Source: Cyanidioschyzon merolae
Lineage: Eukaryota
Reading direction: 5' to 3' (one strand)
DNA: 64,000 nucleotides
Assembly: GCA_000091205.1 (NCBI GenBank)
Contig: AP006499.2
In this document: piece after piece, positions 1 through 10,762 of the stretch
How positions within the stretch are numbered: position 1 is the first letter of the stretch
How the letters are laid out: every line of letters begins with the position of its first letter
Position numbers and translations under genes: made by a program
Notes under the pieces: generated by a model
The model's database searches: none
What the model saw: only the letters and a program-made list of their open reading frames with translations
What the model was told of the DNA's origin: nothing

Positions 1-2279
1 CTCGGATCAGAGAATATGATACATACGCTACTCTGAATCCCTCGGCACGACGCCGTACCACGTCGCTAATCAAAGCATGTACTTCGCTGGTGCGAACAGT
101 ATCAGACCGACCTAAAACAGCAATATTGCGTGCTCGTCAACGCCGAGCGTTACTTCAACCGCACCTTTTGGGTGCTGTAGCCCTACTTTACTGGCTCGGA
201 AAATTGGAGACTGATGAAACGGAATCTTGGGATGGCGATGGAAGCAACTGACTAGCTCGTGGTGGAAGACATCGAAGTAGCAGAGAGTTCGGAACAGATG
301 TCGCAACGATACTTAGCGTCCCGTCAAATCGTCGATGTTTGTCGTGATGATCTCGGCCACGGAACGACGAACCTCTTACTCAAAGGATGGTGAAAAGGTG
401 ATGCACCCTTCATTGCATCTTGCGCTGCCATTCGTTCACGAATGGAGTTATCCAGAGCCAAGCTTACCCTCCCTTCGAATCAGAGCACACCAGCCGCAAC
501 ACGCGTCTCTTTGGTGTGGTTCTCGTACGGTACATCAAGACCCAGAAAATAACTCAAGATATTTGCATAGTGTACTGAATAGCCTCCTTCGCGAGCTATA
601 GCTCGAATTTGCGAGCAAGTATCAAGCATTCGAAAAAGTTCGCCAAGGCTATTGGGAAAGCTTGTCCAAGCATTCTGTTTCACAGAAAGGAATTAGATAG
701 AGGATGAACGGGTGATGGAGACCAACGGAATACACATCTGAAAGAACCATGTGAAACTTTAGCCTAACTCGATCGCGGAGACTCATTTCCGACCGTAAAA
801 GGTAGATGAAGCGCAAGAATTCGCGGTAAGTGGGAAACCCTGCTTACATTAAAAACGTGGTAGTCTCCATATCTCTCAATCGCCGGGAACGGAGCCAAAG
901 ACCTGAACGGAAATCGGATGAAGCTGCTCATGTCTTGTAGGGCTCGGTATTATCGGGAGCCGGGCGTGATGTCCAACAGATGGCGTTCGAACAAATGGAG
1001 CACCAGCATAGTCGGAACCCGTCACGACGCTGCAAGCATCATATCAAGCTGAGTTGGATACATTTTGAGCCTCGCTCAGAGGGCATTTTAGCTCCCAGAT
1101 AGCTTATGAGCGGAATTTTTGGCGGGCATACATGAAAACGTGCTGGGGCCGCCAACAGATTCGGTTGTTCACAGGCCATAGGCTTGCATGAGCCAAAATT
1201 TTCAATCACTTTCAAAATGAAATGAGCGACAAATCGGGACGTTTGGTTGAAGCCTACGGCGCTGGACGTGATGAGGCGCACATGCGCTGCGCTTGTACTC
1301 CTTCGGCGAGAGCATGTAAAAATTGTGGGAATTTGATTCTGCATCGGTCCAATTGCCGTATTCAGGACGTCATACTCGAATCACGAGCACAGGTGTACGG
1401 TTGAACTGGAACAGAGGGAGAGAGTGAAGCAAAGCCGGATGCATGAGATGGTGTCCAATAAACTGACCCAAGCTCAAGTGGCGAGGCATTTGACGGTGAG
1501 ACGCTTGTGTCTTGTGATTCCACCAGCAGCAAATGCGCAAAATAAGTTGCTGCTCTGAGCCTTCAGCGTCTTGATCAACTTCCGCATTTGTCTCGTGCTT
1601 CTGAAGCGTCCAGTGGCTTTCTGTCGAGTAAACTTTTAGGGGAATGGAATAGAACTCAGCGTTGACATTCTGCAGAAATGCTGTAGGCTTCCAACGAAAA
1701 AATAGGTAACCAGAAGAGTGGAGACAGGATTATTGGGACGTGCATGGCGCTGTTGTGCTAGGGTCAGCAATTAGGAGAGGTGGGTGCTCCTTCTAGATGC
1801 ACTGGGACGGCTTTCCTCGGTAACTGGTGAACGATTATCATTTTACATGGCATTCATTACTGAGTATACTCAGTGTTGAAAATGAACCGGATTTCTACGT
1901 CCTCAGTTCAGAGAGTGAATCCAAAATCAGCCTTGCTCCCTAAGTGTTGTTATTCTTCAACGTCTTGATGCCGCCCCCGTAGCCACATACGACGTGCAGG
2001 ACAATCCCATCGAGTACTGGAAGCTGGCACCGGATCGCAGCAGCGCACGAAGCGATACACCAAGCAAGGAGACCTGCACCAGTAAATGCGGCTGGCGAGG
2101 TAATCAGGACAAGCTCGCCATAATGTGTATGAATGTCTTTCACAAAAGATACCTGCATAGGTGCCGAGCAAGGAAGCTGCCAACGCTTCTACTCTGTCGC
2201 TGCCTTCACGCTGTACATATAGAAGTCAATCGCCGGCATCCAGCGGCTTTCACGAGTAGAGCCCTGTCACGGATTCAGC

Positions 2280-3389
2280 TCATAAACGCGAAATATTGCT
2301 ATCGATGCTTGATATTCTCTTATTTGCCTTACGGTATCGGGCAAGCGCAAAGTGCGCATCCAGGTAAACATCCGCGTGTGCGTCAACGGACTTGGTAATC
2401 GGGTCTGCGTAGCCACCACCCATACAAATGACGATTCCTGCCTCAGATTCCTGAAGAATATAGTCGAGCACGATTTGATTTCGAAGTCGCAACCCGGCCC
2501 TCGTGAGCGCAAGGCGACCGAGCTTATCTTCAGCGAGTGCGTCGACACCTGCCTGGTAAAAGACGAGATCTGGATCATGCTTCGCCATGATACGTGGCAA
2601 CCAGACTTCTAGGATCTGTAGATAATCGGTATCATCGGTATTGTCCTCAAACTCAATATCCAAGTCGCTCTTTTGCTTTCTGAAAGGATAGTTGCCGTGC
2701 CCGTGAAATGAACAGGTAAACACGCGACTATCTCCTTGGAATATCGCAGCCACACCGTTCCCCTGGTGCACATCGAGATCGAGAACGAGTATTCTTCTAA
2801 CCTGTGCATAATCGCGGAGCGCTACTCGAGCTGCAATTGCGATGTCATTGAAGACGCAAAAGCCCTCTCCATGGTCCGGAAACGCGTGATGCGTTCCGCC
2901 AGCAATCTGAGCTGCACACCTGCTGCGACCCTCGACAACATCACGCATGCAGGCTACGGTGCCACCGACGGATGCCAGGGTCCTTTGCACAAGGGCTGTG
3001 CTCCACGGGAATCCGATACGTCGAACCTCTATATCGGAGAGTTTGCCCTTAATAAACCGGTCAACATAGTCCTTAGAGTGAACGAGCAGAATATCGTCTA
3101 ACTCGGCGAGTGGAGATACCAGAAAAGGTACTCCTTTGAAAGAGCTGTCCGCTTCGAGCTTCCTCCTGACTAATTCATACTTTGCCATAGGGAAGCGATG
3201 CCCGGCCGGCAGCTCTACCGCATATACGTCCGCAAAGTATACTCGCAGCGCTCCGGCGCTCCCTATCTCTGCCGCGTGAGCGCAGCGCGAGCTTCGGTGT
3301 CTGGGCCAGGTGGTGATTTTTGGGCGGAATGCGAGTTTTCTGTAGAAAGGATTAATCCAGCTACTTAACCGCGAAGCCTGCAAATACAT
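2280..3389 (-). CDS. Histone deacetylase superfamily protein (class II / HDA14-like or AcuC-like). The track ORF runs 2280..3497 from a TTG; the first in-frame ATG is at 3389.
   Basis: HDAC motifs are present in the translation: RVYFADVY...AGHRFPM, GGTHHAFPDHGEGFCVFNDIAIAA, GGGYADP. The 405-aa ORF has no interruptions. Confidence 0.82.
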   Translation of the reverse strand: MYLQASRLSSWINPFYRKLAFRPKITTWPRHRSSRCAHAAEIGSAGALRVYFADVYAVELPAGHRFPMAKYELVRRKLEADSSFKGVPFLVSPLAELDDILLVHSKDYVDRFIKGKLSDIEVRRIGFPWSTALVQRTLASVGGTVACMRDVVEGRSRCAAQIAGGTHHAFPDHGEGFCVFNDIAIAARVALRDYAQVRRILVLDLDVHQGNGVAAIFQGDSRVFTCSFHGHGNYPFRKQKSDLDIEFEDNTDDTDYLQILEVWLPRIMAKHDPDLVFYQAGVDALAEDKLGRLALTRAGLRLRNQIVLDYILQESEAGIVICMGGGYADPITKSVDAHADVYLDAHFALARYRKANKRISSIDSNISRL

Positions 3390-3516
3390 AGCGTTCTGTG
3401 AAACTGGACAAGAAGACAGCGTGCAGGACGAGAGCTGTGTTCGCAGCACTGGAACGCAGCGGCACACCACGCACCGGGTGCAGGCGTGCCTCGGCAATAG
3501 AGGACTTTTCAGGTCT
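3390..3516. promoter_or_regulatory. Short (about 127 bp) divergent intergenic region between the HDAC (-) and VPS36 (+) genes; a putative bidirectional promoter.
   Basis: Head-to-head arrangement of two confidently called genes. No motif evidence. Confidence 0.35.
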
Positions 3517-4974
3517 ATGGCGGTTCCCGCCAGTTCTGAGGCCTTGCAGTGCTTTGACTTGACAACTTCCGGTTTGCCAGTGTTGTGGGGTTCAGAGAAA
3601 CTTCAGGTCGTTGCGGAGAGAGTAACCGTCGACCTGAGTTCGACTGCAAGTGCGAGCGACTCTCGTCTAGAGGGCACCACCGTGTACGTCACTTCGCAGC
3701 GACTGCTCTTGAAACCGCAGCATCAACAGCAGCTATTTGGTACGGATCTCTCAGATGTAACCTTCATAAAAGCAAGCAAGTCGGGTAGTTTTCTGCTCTG
3801 TGGAGCCTGTGGGAGAACGAGTTCCGCGCTTGTTCGGGTTGGAAAGGGAACACTGCTACGCTTTCACTGGGCAGCAGACCCCAGCAGCGTGGCGAGCTTT
3901 CTCAACAACCTGCGTAGCGCTGTCGAGCTGCATAAGAACGCGAAACTTAGACAACAAGGCACTTTGCGTTGCAAAGATATTGCTGGAAATGACTTCGAAG
4001 CTCGCCCTGCAGGTGTAGCCGGCGTTCGGGCAGCGGAACAGCGCCTAAGAGACGAGCGTAAGCAGCTTCTCAACAGGGCGTTTACCGATATGAACCACCT
4101 TAGTGTCGATGCCGAGAACTTGCGCGCGATGAGTGAGGCGCTGGTTCGCGAAAGCCAGAGAATGAGACACGAAGCATTGAGTCAGGACCCGGAAGCGCTG
4201 CTCTCCGTGATGCTCCGTGACATGATGCGTTTCGCCGAGGATCGTGTTCGTATTGCTGCTGAACCGTCGGAACGCTCGAAGAGTTCAGAGTATTGTTCAC
4301 ACCTGGCGAGGGATCTTTACGATTTTTTGGAGCCGATTGTTGCGAAGAACGGTGGGCTTCTGCATATTTTCGACGCATATGTTCTTTACAACAGCACCCG
4401 ACCAGTCACAGATATTGTTCCAGCGGATGATCTATGCGATGCCTGTGCACAGTGGCCCATTCTTGGTCTCCGCCTTCGACTTGAAATGATGGAATCTCAG
4501 CTCGTCATCCGTACGACAGAAACGGTACCTGTTTCACAAAGATTACTCGAACGAATCAAGGAAGTTGGGTTTATGACCTCACTGCAGGTTGCAGATCAGT
4601 TCCATATACCTGTGCAAGTGGCAGCGTGGCAATTAGAGTCCGCAGAACGCGAAGGTTTTCTCTGTCGTGATGAAGAGGAAACCGGCTGCGTGCGGTATTT
4701 CCTGAATGAATTCGATGCAATCTATGCCGCGGAAATTGGTCGCGAGACGCCAGCAACCGGTACGGCTGGTAACGAATTGTTGCCTACGCCTCAGACAAGC
4801 GCAAATGAGCACATTCTAGAAACCGCTCGTGCTTTTACGCCACCTATTTTTCCAAATACAGCAAACATCAAATCAGATGCCATGAGTGTTGAGACGCTTC
4901 GTCGGAGACGAAGCGCTCAACCGGACCAAGACACCCCAAAGAGTCTTTCTGAGTGGGACGCGACTCCCCAATAG
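3517..4974 (+). CDS. VPS36: ESCRT-II subunit Vps36 (EAP45). It has an N-terminal GLUE domain and a C-terminal winged-helix region.
   Basis: N-terminus reads SGLPVLWGSEKLQ...TTVYVTSQRLLL (GLUE). The C-terminal region MTSLQVADQFHIPVQVAAWQLESAEREGFLCRDEEETGCVRYFLNEF is characteristic of Vps36. ATG at 3517; the track starts at GTG 3421. Confidence 0.75.
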   Translation: MAVPASSEALQCFDLTTSGLPVLWGSEKLQVVAERVTVDLSSTASASDSRLEGTTVYVTSQRLLLKPQHQQQLFGTDLSDVTFIKASKSGSFLLCGACGRTSSALVRVGKGTLLRFHWAADPSSVASFLNNLRSAVELHKNAKLRQQGTLRCKDIAGNDFEARPAGVAGVRAAEQRLRDERKQLLNRAFTDMNHLSVDAENLRAMSEALVRESQRMRHEALSQDPEALLSVMLRDMMRFAEDRVRIAAEPSERSKSSEYCSHLARDLYDFLEPIVAKNGGLLHIFDAYVLYNSTRPVTDIVPADDLCDACAQWPILGLRLRLEMMESQLVIRTTETVPVSQRLLERIKEVGFMTSLQVADQFHIPVQVAAWQLESAEREGFLCRDEEETGCVRYFLNEFDAIYAAEIGRETPATGTAGNELLPTPQTSANEHILETARAFTPPIFPNTANIKSDAMSVETLRRRRSAQPDQDTPKSLSEWDATPQ

Positions 4975-5419
4975 CGCAGTGCCACCATGTGCGACATTTC
5001 ACCGCATTGCACCCTACTGTTTTCGGTTGGAACACGAGTTCCCACGCCGGCTACCCGAAAACTGCGTGCCGAACGAGCCGTCAAGCGTTCGTAGACGACG
5101 AGACACTTTTCGGATCTCCAGACTAGAAAGTTCTTATTTTTTTGTAACAGTAAAACTACTTTGGCTGTTTCGTTTCGTCATCAGTTTCGCTGTTCTTGAA
5201 CGTAGATCGAATCCAATCATAAGGCTCGATGAACCAAAAAGCTGTCAGGCCCACTAGCAGACCCCAACGTGCTGCTGCTCCAACATCTACTGGACGTAGC
5301 CGACGGAAAAGCTGCTGCAAAGCTGGTACACCTCGAGGTCTCGCTGCGTTCATATCACAAACACAAGTGTCTATCCCCGGAGCACCTCGAAAACAACTCG
5401 TACAGCGGTCAGTCGTCCG

Positions 5420-6060
5420 GGATGCGCGATGTGCCCTGGCGGCCGCACGCGCTGCGCATTGTCCGTTTCTTTCTCGATGATAAAATTCGGTTGACCATGG
5501 ATCCCAGATTGCGGGACATATAATGATGATTGAAAACGCGTCCATCTTGATGCATCTTTCTTCGAGTTCCATTGCTTTCACTTTCTTTCGAATATACTGG
5601 TCGTTTTTTACTTTCTATCATGTACCGAGTGCCTGACTGCGCCCACAGTAGCGCTTATACCGGTGGAGCTGATGCAGCACGGATACAGAACAGCTGTGTC
5701 GTACCACTGAGGGTTTCGGATCGAGGAACGATTCACCTGATACGGAATCAGTGCGGACAATCATTCTGGGAGCCTGAAAAGTGGGCAGAGAAACCTGGTG
5801 CCTGCAGCAGCGCGGACCGATATGCTAGGAGATAATTGCAATATTGGCGACGCCCAGACGCAGTATCCTAGTACTTGTCTAAGAATAAAGAGTGTTGCCG
5901 ACAAGCTGTGCAGGTCTCGCCACAGCACCTGCCACTCGAGGGAGTATGAAGCACTAGCCCGGCAGACCCGTCCGGTTCGCGGGACCTTCCACACAGAAGG
6001 TAAAGTTTCGAAGATACGGAAACCTTTCCCCCTTCAACGCTTTCCATGAAGGTCGAAAGA
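5420..6060 (+). repeat. Dispersed repeat family A, copy a (at least 640 bp). It is homologous to 19290..19935 (approximate bounds).
   Basis: Similarity to the 19.3-19.9 kb copy is visible by eye over the whole length. For example, gtaccgagtgcctg...ccactgagggtttcggatcgaggaacg...cattctgggagcctg...caggtctcgccacagc... appears in both. Confidence 0.7.
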
Positions 6061-6099
6061 ACCTGTTATTGAGTTGCTATTTAGTGGTTAGTTTCTGTT

Positions 6100-6290
6100 C
6101 TTTCGACAGTGGATCGGGATTCGCTTTCATTCTGGGAGCCTGCAGACTGCGCAGACAGACCTACTGCCTGCGACAGCACGGAGCGATACGCAAGGAATCC
6201 ACTGCGACCCAGACGACGCTTAGACGCAGCATATCAGCTCCTAGTCCCAGAATAAACTGCGTTCCAGACAAGCTGCTCAGGCCGCACTAA
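6100..6290 (+). repeat. Partial tandem re-duplication of an internal segment of repeat A. It corresponds to about 5755..5940 of copy a.
   Basis: cattctgggagcctgcagactg...tagtcccagaataaactgcgttccagacaagctgctcagg resembles copy a at 5755..5940 and copy c at 19645..19800. Confidence 0.6.
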
Positions 6291-6666
6291 GCGCATTCCC
6301 TGCAAAGCCATGCCTTCTCTCGGAGTCTAGGATCGTTCACAGGAACCAGTTTATCCCAGCTACGCCATTGTTACCGGCAGCTGGACTATCATGCCCAGCG
6401 AACCTCATTGACAAACATTGTACATGTTCACGTCCGGATCTCGTCGACGTCTCGCGTACGCAAAGCGACGATTTCGCGCACGATCCCTGACTGCGTGTGC
6501 GTACGTCACCTCGTTACATATGCCGCCGCAGCTGCGCTGTCGCCACGTTAGCTGCAAGCACTTTGTTCTGTTAAGTTTGTGAAGTTTTAGTGCTCCAAGA
6601 AACGAGCAAGTTCCTGCCTGCGGAAACGTAACGCTAATCGAAGGGGCAGCGGTTAGGACTGAGGCA

Positions 6667-8484
6667 GTGTTTTCAGCAGCGCTGCAAAAATCGCAGAAGA
6701 ACTGCAGCACGCAACGGGAAATGAGTCCAACGATCAGATTGCTCGGAACTGAACCATCTTGTATGCTGTCCAGAACGGTATCCAAGCGCCTTGCGCGTCG
6801 AAATGTCAGATACATACTGTTGCTTGTCGTTCTAACCGGTGTCCTGTCAGGTTTTCTCTTCCTGCGTAGCACTTTCTCCACGTACTATGCGGGTGAAAAA
6901 CTGAGACAGTGTGAAGAACGGCTTGCGAAAGGAGAGGCTCTTCTGCTACAGCGGCGTGTATCAAATATGGACGAAAATACAGAACAGCCTCCTAGAAGGG
7001 TTGCGGCTAAACACTTCTTGCGATCTGTGCTTGTTTTCGATGCCGTGGAGCACTTCAGCTCGGTCATCAATACAAATGCTCCAGGACGAGCAACGTTCCT
7101 GGGAACTAGTTCCCGAGGACGAGGTAGACCAGGATGGGCATATGAACCACGTCCCTTACTTCTGAACTTGTCCAATGGCGCCTGGTATTTGCCTTTGGAC
7201 GGGGAACCGCCATCGATTCCGGCAGTATTGTTATGGTTAGACAGATCCAGGAATGAGCGAAGGCTGCTCGTATGGACGAGCACAACCGCGGGGATTGCGT
7301 ATAACCCTCCTCGTGAGTGCGCGGAAGCTGGATCCACCTGCCAACTGGAACTCATCACATCGAGTACAACCCTTGCGGGTTCCTGTAATGTTGAGAAGCG
7401 CAATCTGAGCCTTTTTCTGAGCGCAAATGGAGCAGCAGGCACCTCATGCCTAGCAGAGGTTCGAATGCAGGTTACACTTACAAGCACAAACGCGCAAGAA
7501 TGGGAACCAGAACCGTCTCTACAGACGCTCGCAATCGTGCGCCCGTTCACGGAGGACCAGATACCTAAGCTCATGCGATCTCTGGATCAATGGAATGATC
7601 CATGGCGCTTCCCGTGCGAACGAAGCGGAGACTTTGACCGCCCGGACCTCGTATTCTACGCAAACAATGAACAAGCTCTCGTGTCGGCTCGAGCCGTTTT
7701 TCAGCGCAATCATTCATGGTCTTCCTGTTTCCAACGGGTGCGCTGGATTGAAGCCAATGTTGAACCAACCGTCGACGTTCATCCAGATGGCACCTGCTTC
7801 CAGTTCTACAGCATCTTCGATGATCCGCGATTCCGGAACTACTATCAGTATTTCTTTCTGATGGAGCCTGACGTCCACCCGATACGGGCTTTTTGGTTGG
7901 ACTCGATTCAGAGACAAATCAAACTCAGTGCACCTCAGGCCACGTTCTGGATACGCGGCTCCACATCAAAGTGTGCCGGTTGGTACGCAGCGAACGACTT
8001 TCATATTAACGGAAATGCCCTATACAACCTCTCATCCCGACAGTTTCGCGATTATCTGATACGTGTGCAACGCGCGTTTCAGCCGCGAGGCCACGTTCGC
8101 CACGCTCCGGGCTGCTCTGGCGGCTATGGTGGATTCGATCATTCTATCTTCCATTATGCCGTAGAAATAGCTTCGAAAAATTCGCACAAGTGGAAAATGT
8201 ATCAAAAGCTGTGTTTCGACGATCGGAAATCACCTGTTTGGAATTTCTGCAAACACAGATTTCTGCCTTGGCGAGTATACACGGAGAGTAACGGAAGTGC
8301 GTCCCTCGTACACAGCAGCTGGGGTAATAACGTAGATTTTTGGGACCCAGCAGTTCACGGCATCAAACGGCTTGAAACTAGTATGCTTGAAATGATCCGC
8401 CTTTGGGAACAGGATCCTTTTCCACTACATCCTCGTTTTCGTGCTTTTGCGCTGCTACACTGTCGCAAAAGGCAGCTTTTTTAA
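6667..8484 (+). CDS. Hypothetical type-II membrane protein. It has an N-terminal signal anchor and a large luminal domain, and may be a Golgi glycosyltransferase-like enzyme.
   Basis: Uninterrupted 605-aa ORF. Single hydrophobic segment ILLLVVLTGVLSGFLFL near the N-terminus. FDDPRF / LMEPDVHP segments could be a DxD-like motif. No firm family assignment. Confidence 0.5.
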   Translation: MFSAALQKSQKNCSTQREMSPTIRLLGTEPSCMLSRTVSKRLARRNVRYILLLVVLTGVLSGFLFLRSTFSTYYAGEKLRQCEERLAKGEALLLQRRVSNMDENTEQPPRRVAAKHFLRSVLVFDAVEHFSSVINTNAPGRATFLGTSSRGRGRPGWAYEPRPLLLNLSNGAWYLPLDGEPPSIPAVLLWLDRSRNERRLLVWTSTTAGIAYNPPRECAEAGSTCQLELITSSTTLAGSCNVEKRNLSLFLSANGAAGTSCLAEVRMQVTLTSTNAQEWEPEPSLQTLAIVRPFTEDQIPKLMRSLDQWNDPWRFPCERSGDFDRPDLVFYANNEQALVSARAVFQRNHSWSSCFQRVRWIEANVEPTVDVHPDGTCFQFYSIFDDPRFRNYYQYFFLMEPDVHPIRAFWLDSIQRQIKLSAPQATFWIRGSTSKCAGWYAANDFHINGNALYNLSSRQFRDYLIRVQRAFQPRGHVRHAPGCSGGYGGFDHSIFHYAVEIASKNSHKWKMYQKLCFDDRKSPVWNFCKHRFLPWRVYTESNGSASLVHSSWGNNVDFWDPAVHGIKRLETSMLEMIRLWEQDPFPLHPRFRAFALLHCRKRQLF

Positions 8485-9028
8485 GCCTTTCCTGACCCTG
8501 CACTGCATCTAGACGAGAGCAGCTGTTCCGACGCATGGGCGGATGGAAGTTCATATTTATTTTGTATGTAAGAACCTCAGCAGCGGAAATCGGAATCCAT
8601 GGAAGCTCTCCGCTGCAGCCCACTGGAAGCATCCGGCACAAGAGACACCGAGGAGCTTTCTGCGGACCCCTGGAACGCAGCTCAGATCCTGGGAATTCCA
8701 CAATCATCAAATTGAAGCGTTCTGGTAAACCCCTTGCCTTCTTTGAATAAGGAAGAGTAGCCATGCGCCATGGGCGTCCAGTGTCTGCATCATCAAGGGC
8801 ACTGCCCTTTCGGAGAAGCGGACCCGCGGTGCCGGCGGGGCCCCCGTTCGGTATCCGTAGGGATTCACGGCTCCAGCGCATGCCACGCAGAGCACTGCAA
8901 CTGGTGGTGCATACCAGTCTAGTTGATCAGCAGAGCGCCACGCGATACATCCTCGAAGCGTACGAGCAATAATCTGGAACCTACGCCCGGTGCCTGCGAT
9001 GCACTTAGCACTCTACGATGCAGCTAAT

Positions 9029-10762
9029 CTAGCTCGTTTCCCGAGGAGCCTTCGTTAGCACTACGAAAGATCTCGTCGGCAAGCGCATCGAACAGCCTGG
9101 AATATAAAAGGCTCTGCAGAGGCCTCTCGCCTGATTCCTGTCGAGAAAAGTTGCAGTCGCCAGCAGCGTCCAGTTTCTGAACATTGCGGGTGGCGCCTTG
9201 ACGTCGTTCACCAAACCCGCGAAAAAATCACACTCCTCCGCAATGCTTGCAACGAAACGATCATCGTAGACAGGCGCATTCCTATCGTTCATGCCTTCTG
9301 GTACGATATTCGTGGATACGAACGGCTTCGGAAGAAGACTTGAAGCATTCATTCGTACAAAACGCAAGGTTGTATTTCCTGGAAGAAAAAACGATGAAGG
9401 AAAGTGGTGCCACTCATCGCCCATACACAACGTGCATGCAGATTGTGCACAGTGCATTTTCGCAAGGTGCCTGAACACCTTAAACGGTGCTGCGTAGAAA
9501 CGCTGCTGACCTATAATTCGAGACCAGCTGGCAACGACACCCAAGACCAGCAAAGCCCTCATCAGAAACCTGCCGATGCGTCTCGTTCCACGCTCAAAGC
9601 TGCGCCAAACGACTGTGCATCGAGCGGCGCCCCAGCACACAAGTGGATAGATCGGATAGAGAAATCGCTCCTCCTTGTGCGCTTGTGCCGAGAAAACAGC
9701 TAACCAGGAAAGAAAAGCGCCAAACACCAGGGCCTCTACCTTGCAGAGACGCCAGTCTGCTGAGGAAGCGAAACCAGTACGCTTTCCGAGGAGCCGCAAT
9801 ACGTGGAGCAACTGCACTGCGGCGTACCAAACTGCGAAGGCGAAAAGCAGAGGGAAATTCAAGTTACTGTTTTTGATATAGTACGACCAGGGCTCTGTGC
9901 CGAAAACCTCAGGTCCTCTGTCCTTGTTCGGGAACACATTGTACAACACGAGACGCATAGGTGCGACGACGATGCGGCCATAGTACGCGCTGTCTACGAG
10001 CGTCATGACAGCCAGAGTGCTAGCAGCATAGACTCCTGCTAACACAACGAATCGACCCGGTGGCAGCCGCCTTTCCACTGGTAGCAGAAGCGGAATCCCC
10101 AGGAGTCCGACGAACGGCCAGCCGACGAGCACCGCGTTGGCCACGAGCATCATGGAAACAAGTTGCTTGCCGCTAAGCCACGATGCGTACGCAAACATGA
10201 ACTGAATCATCGTGAAGCTGGAGGGCAGGACCGATGGACTTGCATAGAACATGCCAGCTGACATCGCAGACAGCAAAAGATACCAATTCCCCGTGTTCGA
10301 TGCCTGGTACAGCTGGTCCATACTGAAAGCAAGCGAGACCTCAGCAACGAAGCAGGAACCGGCGTTCACGATGCGGATTATCTGGAAAGCAGCTGTTTTT
10401 TCGGAGCCTAGGCCACGGCCGATCCAACGCCACCAAAGAACTGGAATCTTGAAGAGCAACAAATATAGATAGCTGCGAAGTGCATACTCTGGCGAGTACT
10501 CCCAGGTTTGCAATCCGCTTCCGTATAGGAGAAAGTGTAAGGGTTCCCAGTAGTTGAAGACTTCGTCGCAGTCCGTGATGACGGCAAGCTCTGCGGCTCC
10601 GATCCTCACAACCAGTAGCATCGCAATCAGTAGCAAGCGAGCACACCGCTGTCTGCTCCGAATACCTGCTTGGTGGGAGCTATCCTTCAGGTGGTGCGTC
10701 GTGGCAACGACGTTCCCGATCCCCAGGTTTTCTGGCGCTCGACGCCTAAAAGCACGGCGCAT
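9029..10762 (-). CDS. ALG9: ALG9-family alpha-1,2-mannosyltransferase (GT22, which includes the ALG9/ALG12/PIG-B/SMP3 group). Multi-pass ER membrane protein.
   Basis: DEVFNYWEPLHFLLYGSGLQTWEYSPEYALRSYLYLLL matches the conserved N-terminal GT22/ALG9 signature. Many transmembrane segments. ATG start and no interruption over 577 aa. Confidence 0.8.
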   Translation of the reverse strand: MRRAFRRRAPENLGIGNVVATTHHLKDSSHQAGIRSRQRCARLLLIAMLLVVRIGAAELAVITDCDEVFNYWEPLHFLLYGSGLQTWEYSPEYALRSYLYLLLFKIPVLWWRWIGRGLGSEKTAAFQIIRIVNAGSCFVAEVSLAFSMDQLYQASNTGNWYLLLSAMSAGMFYASPSVLPSSFTMIQFMFAYASWLSGKQLVSMMLVANAVLVGWPFVGLLGIPLLLPVERRLPPGRFVVLAGVYAASTLAVMTLVDSAYYGRIVVAPMRLVLYNVFPNKDRGPEVFGTEPWSYYIKNSNLNFPLLFAFAVWYAAVQLLHVLRLLGKRTGFASSADWRLCKVEALVFGAFLSWLAVFSAQAHKEERFLYPIYPLVCWGAARCTVVWRSFERGTRRIGRFLMRALLVLGVVASWSRIIGQQRFYAAPFKVFRHLAKMHCAQSACTLCMGDEWHHFPSSFFLPGNTTLRFVRMNASSLLPKPFVSTNIVPEGMNDRNAPVYDDRFVASIAEECDFFAGLVNDVKAPPAMFRNWTLLATATFLDRNQARGLCRAFYIPGCSMRLPTRSFVVLTKAPRETS

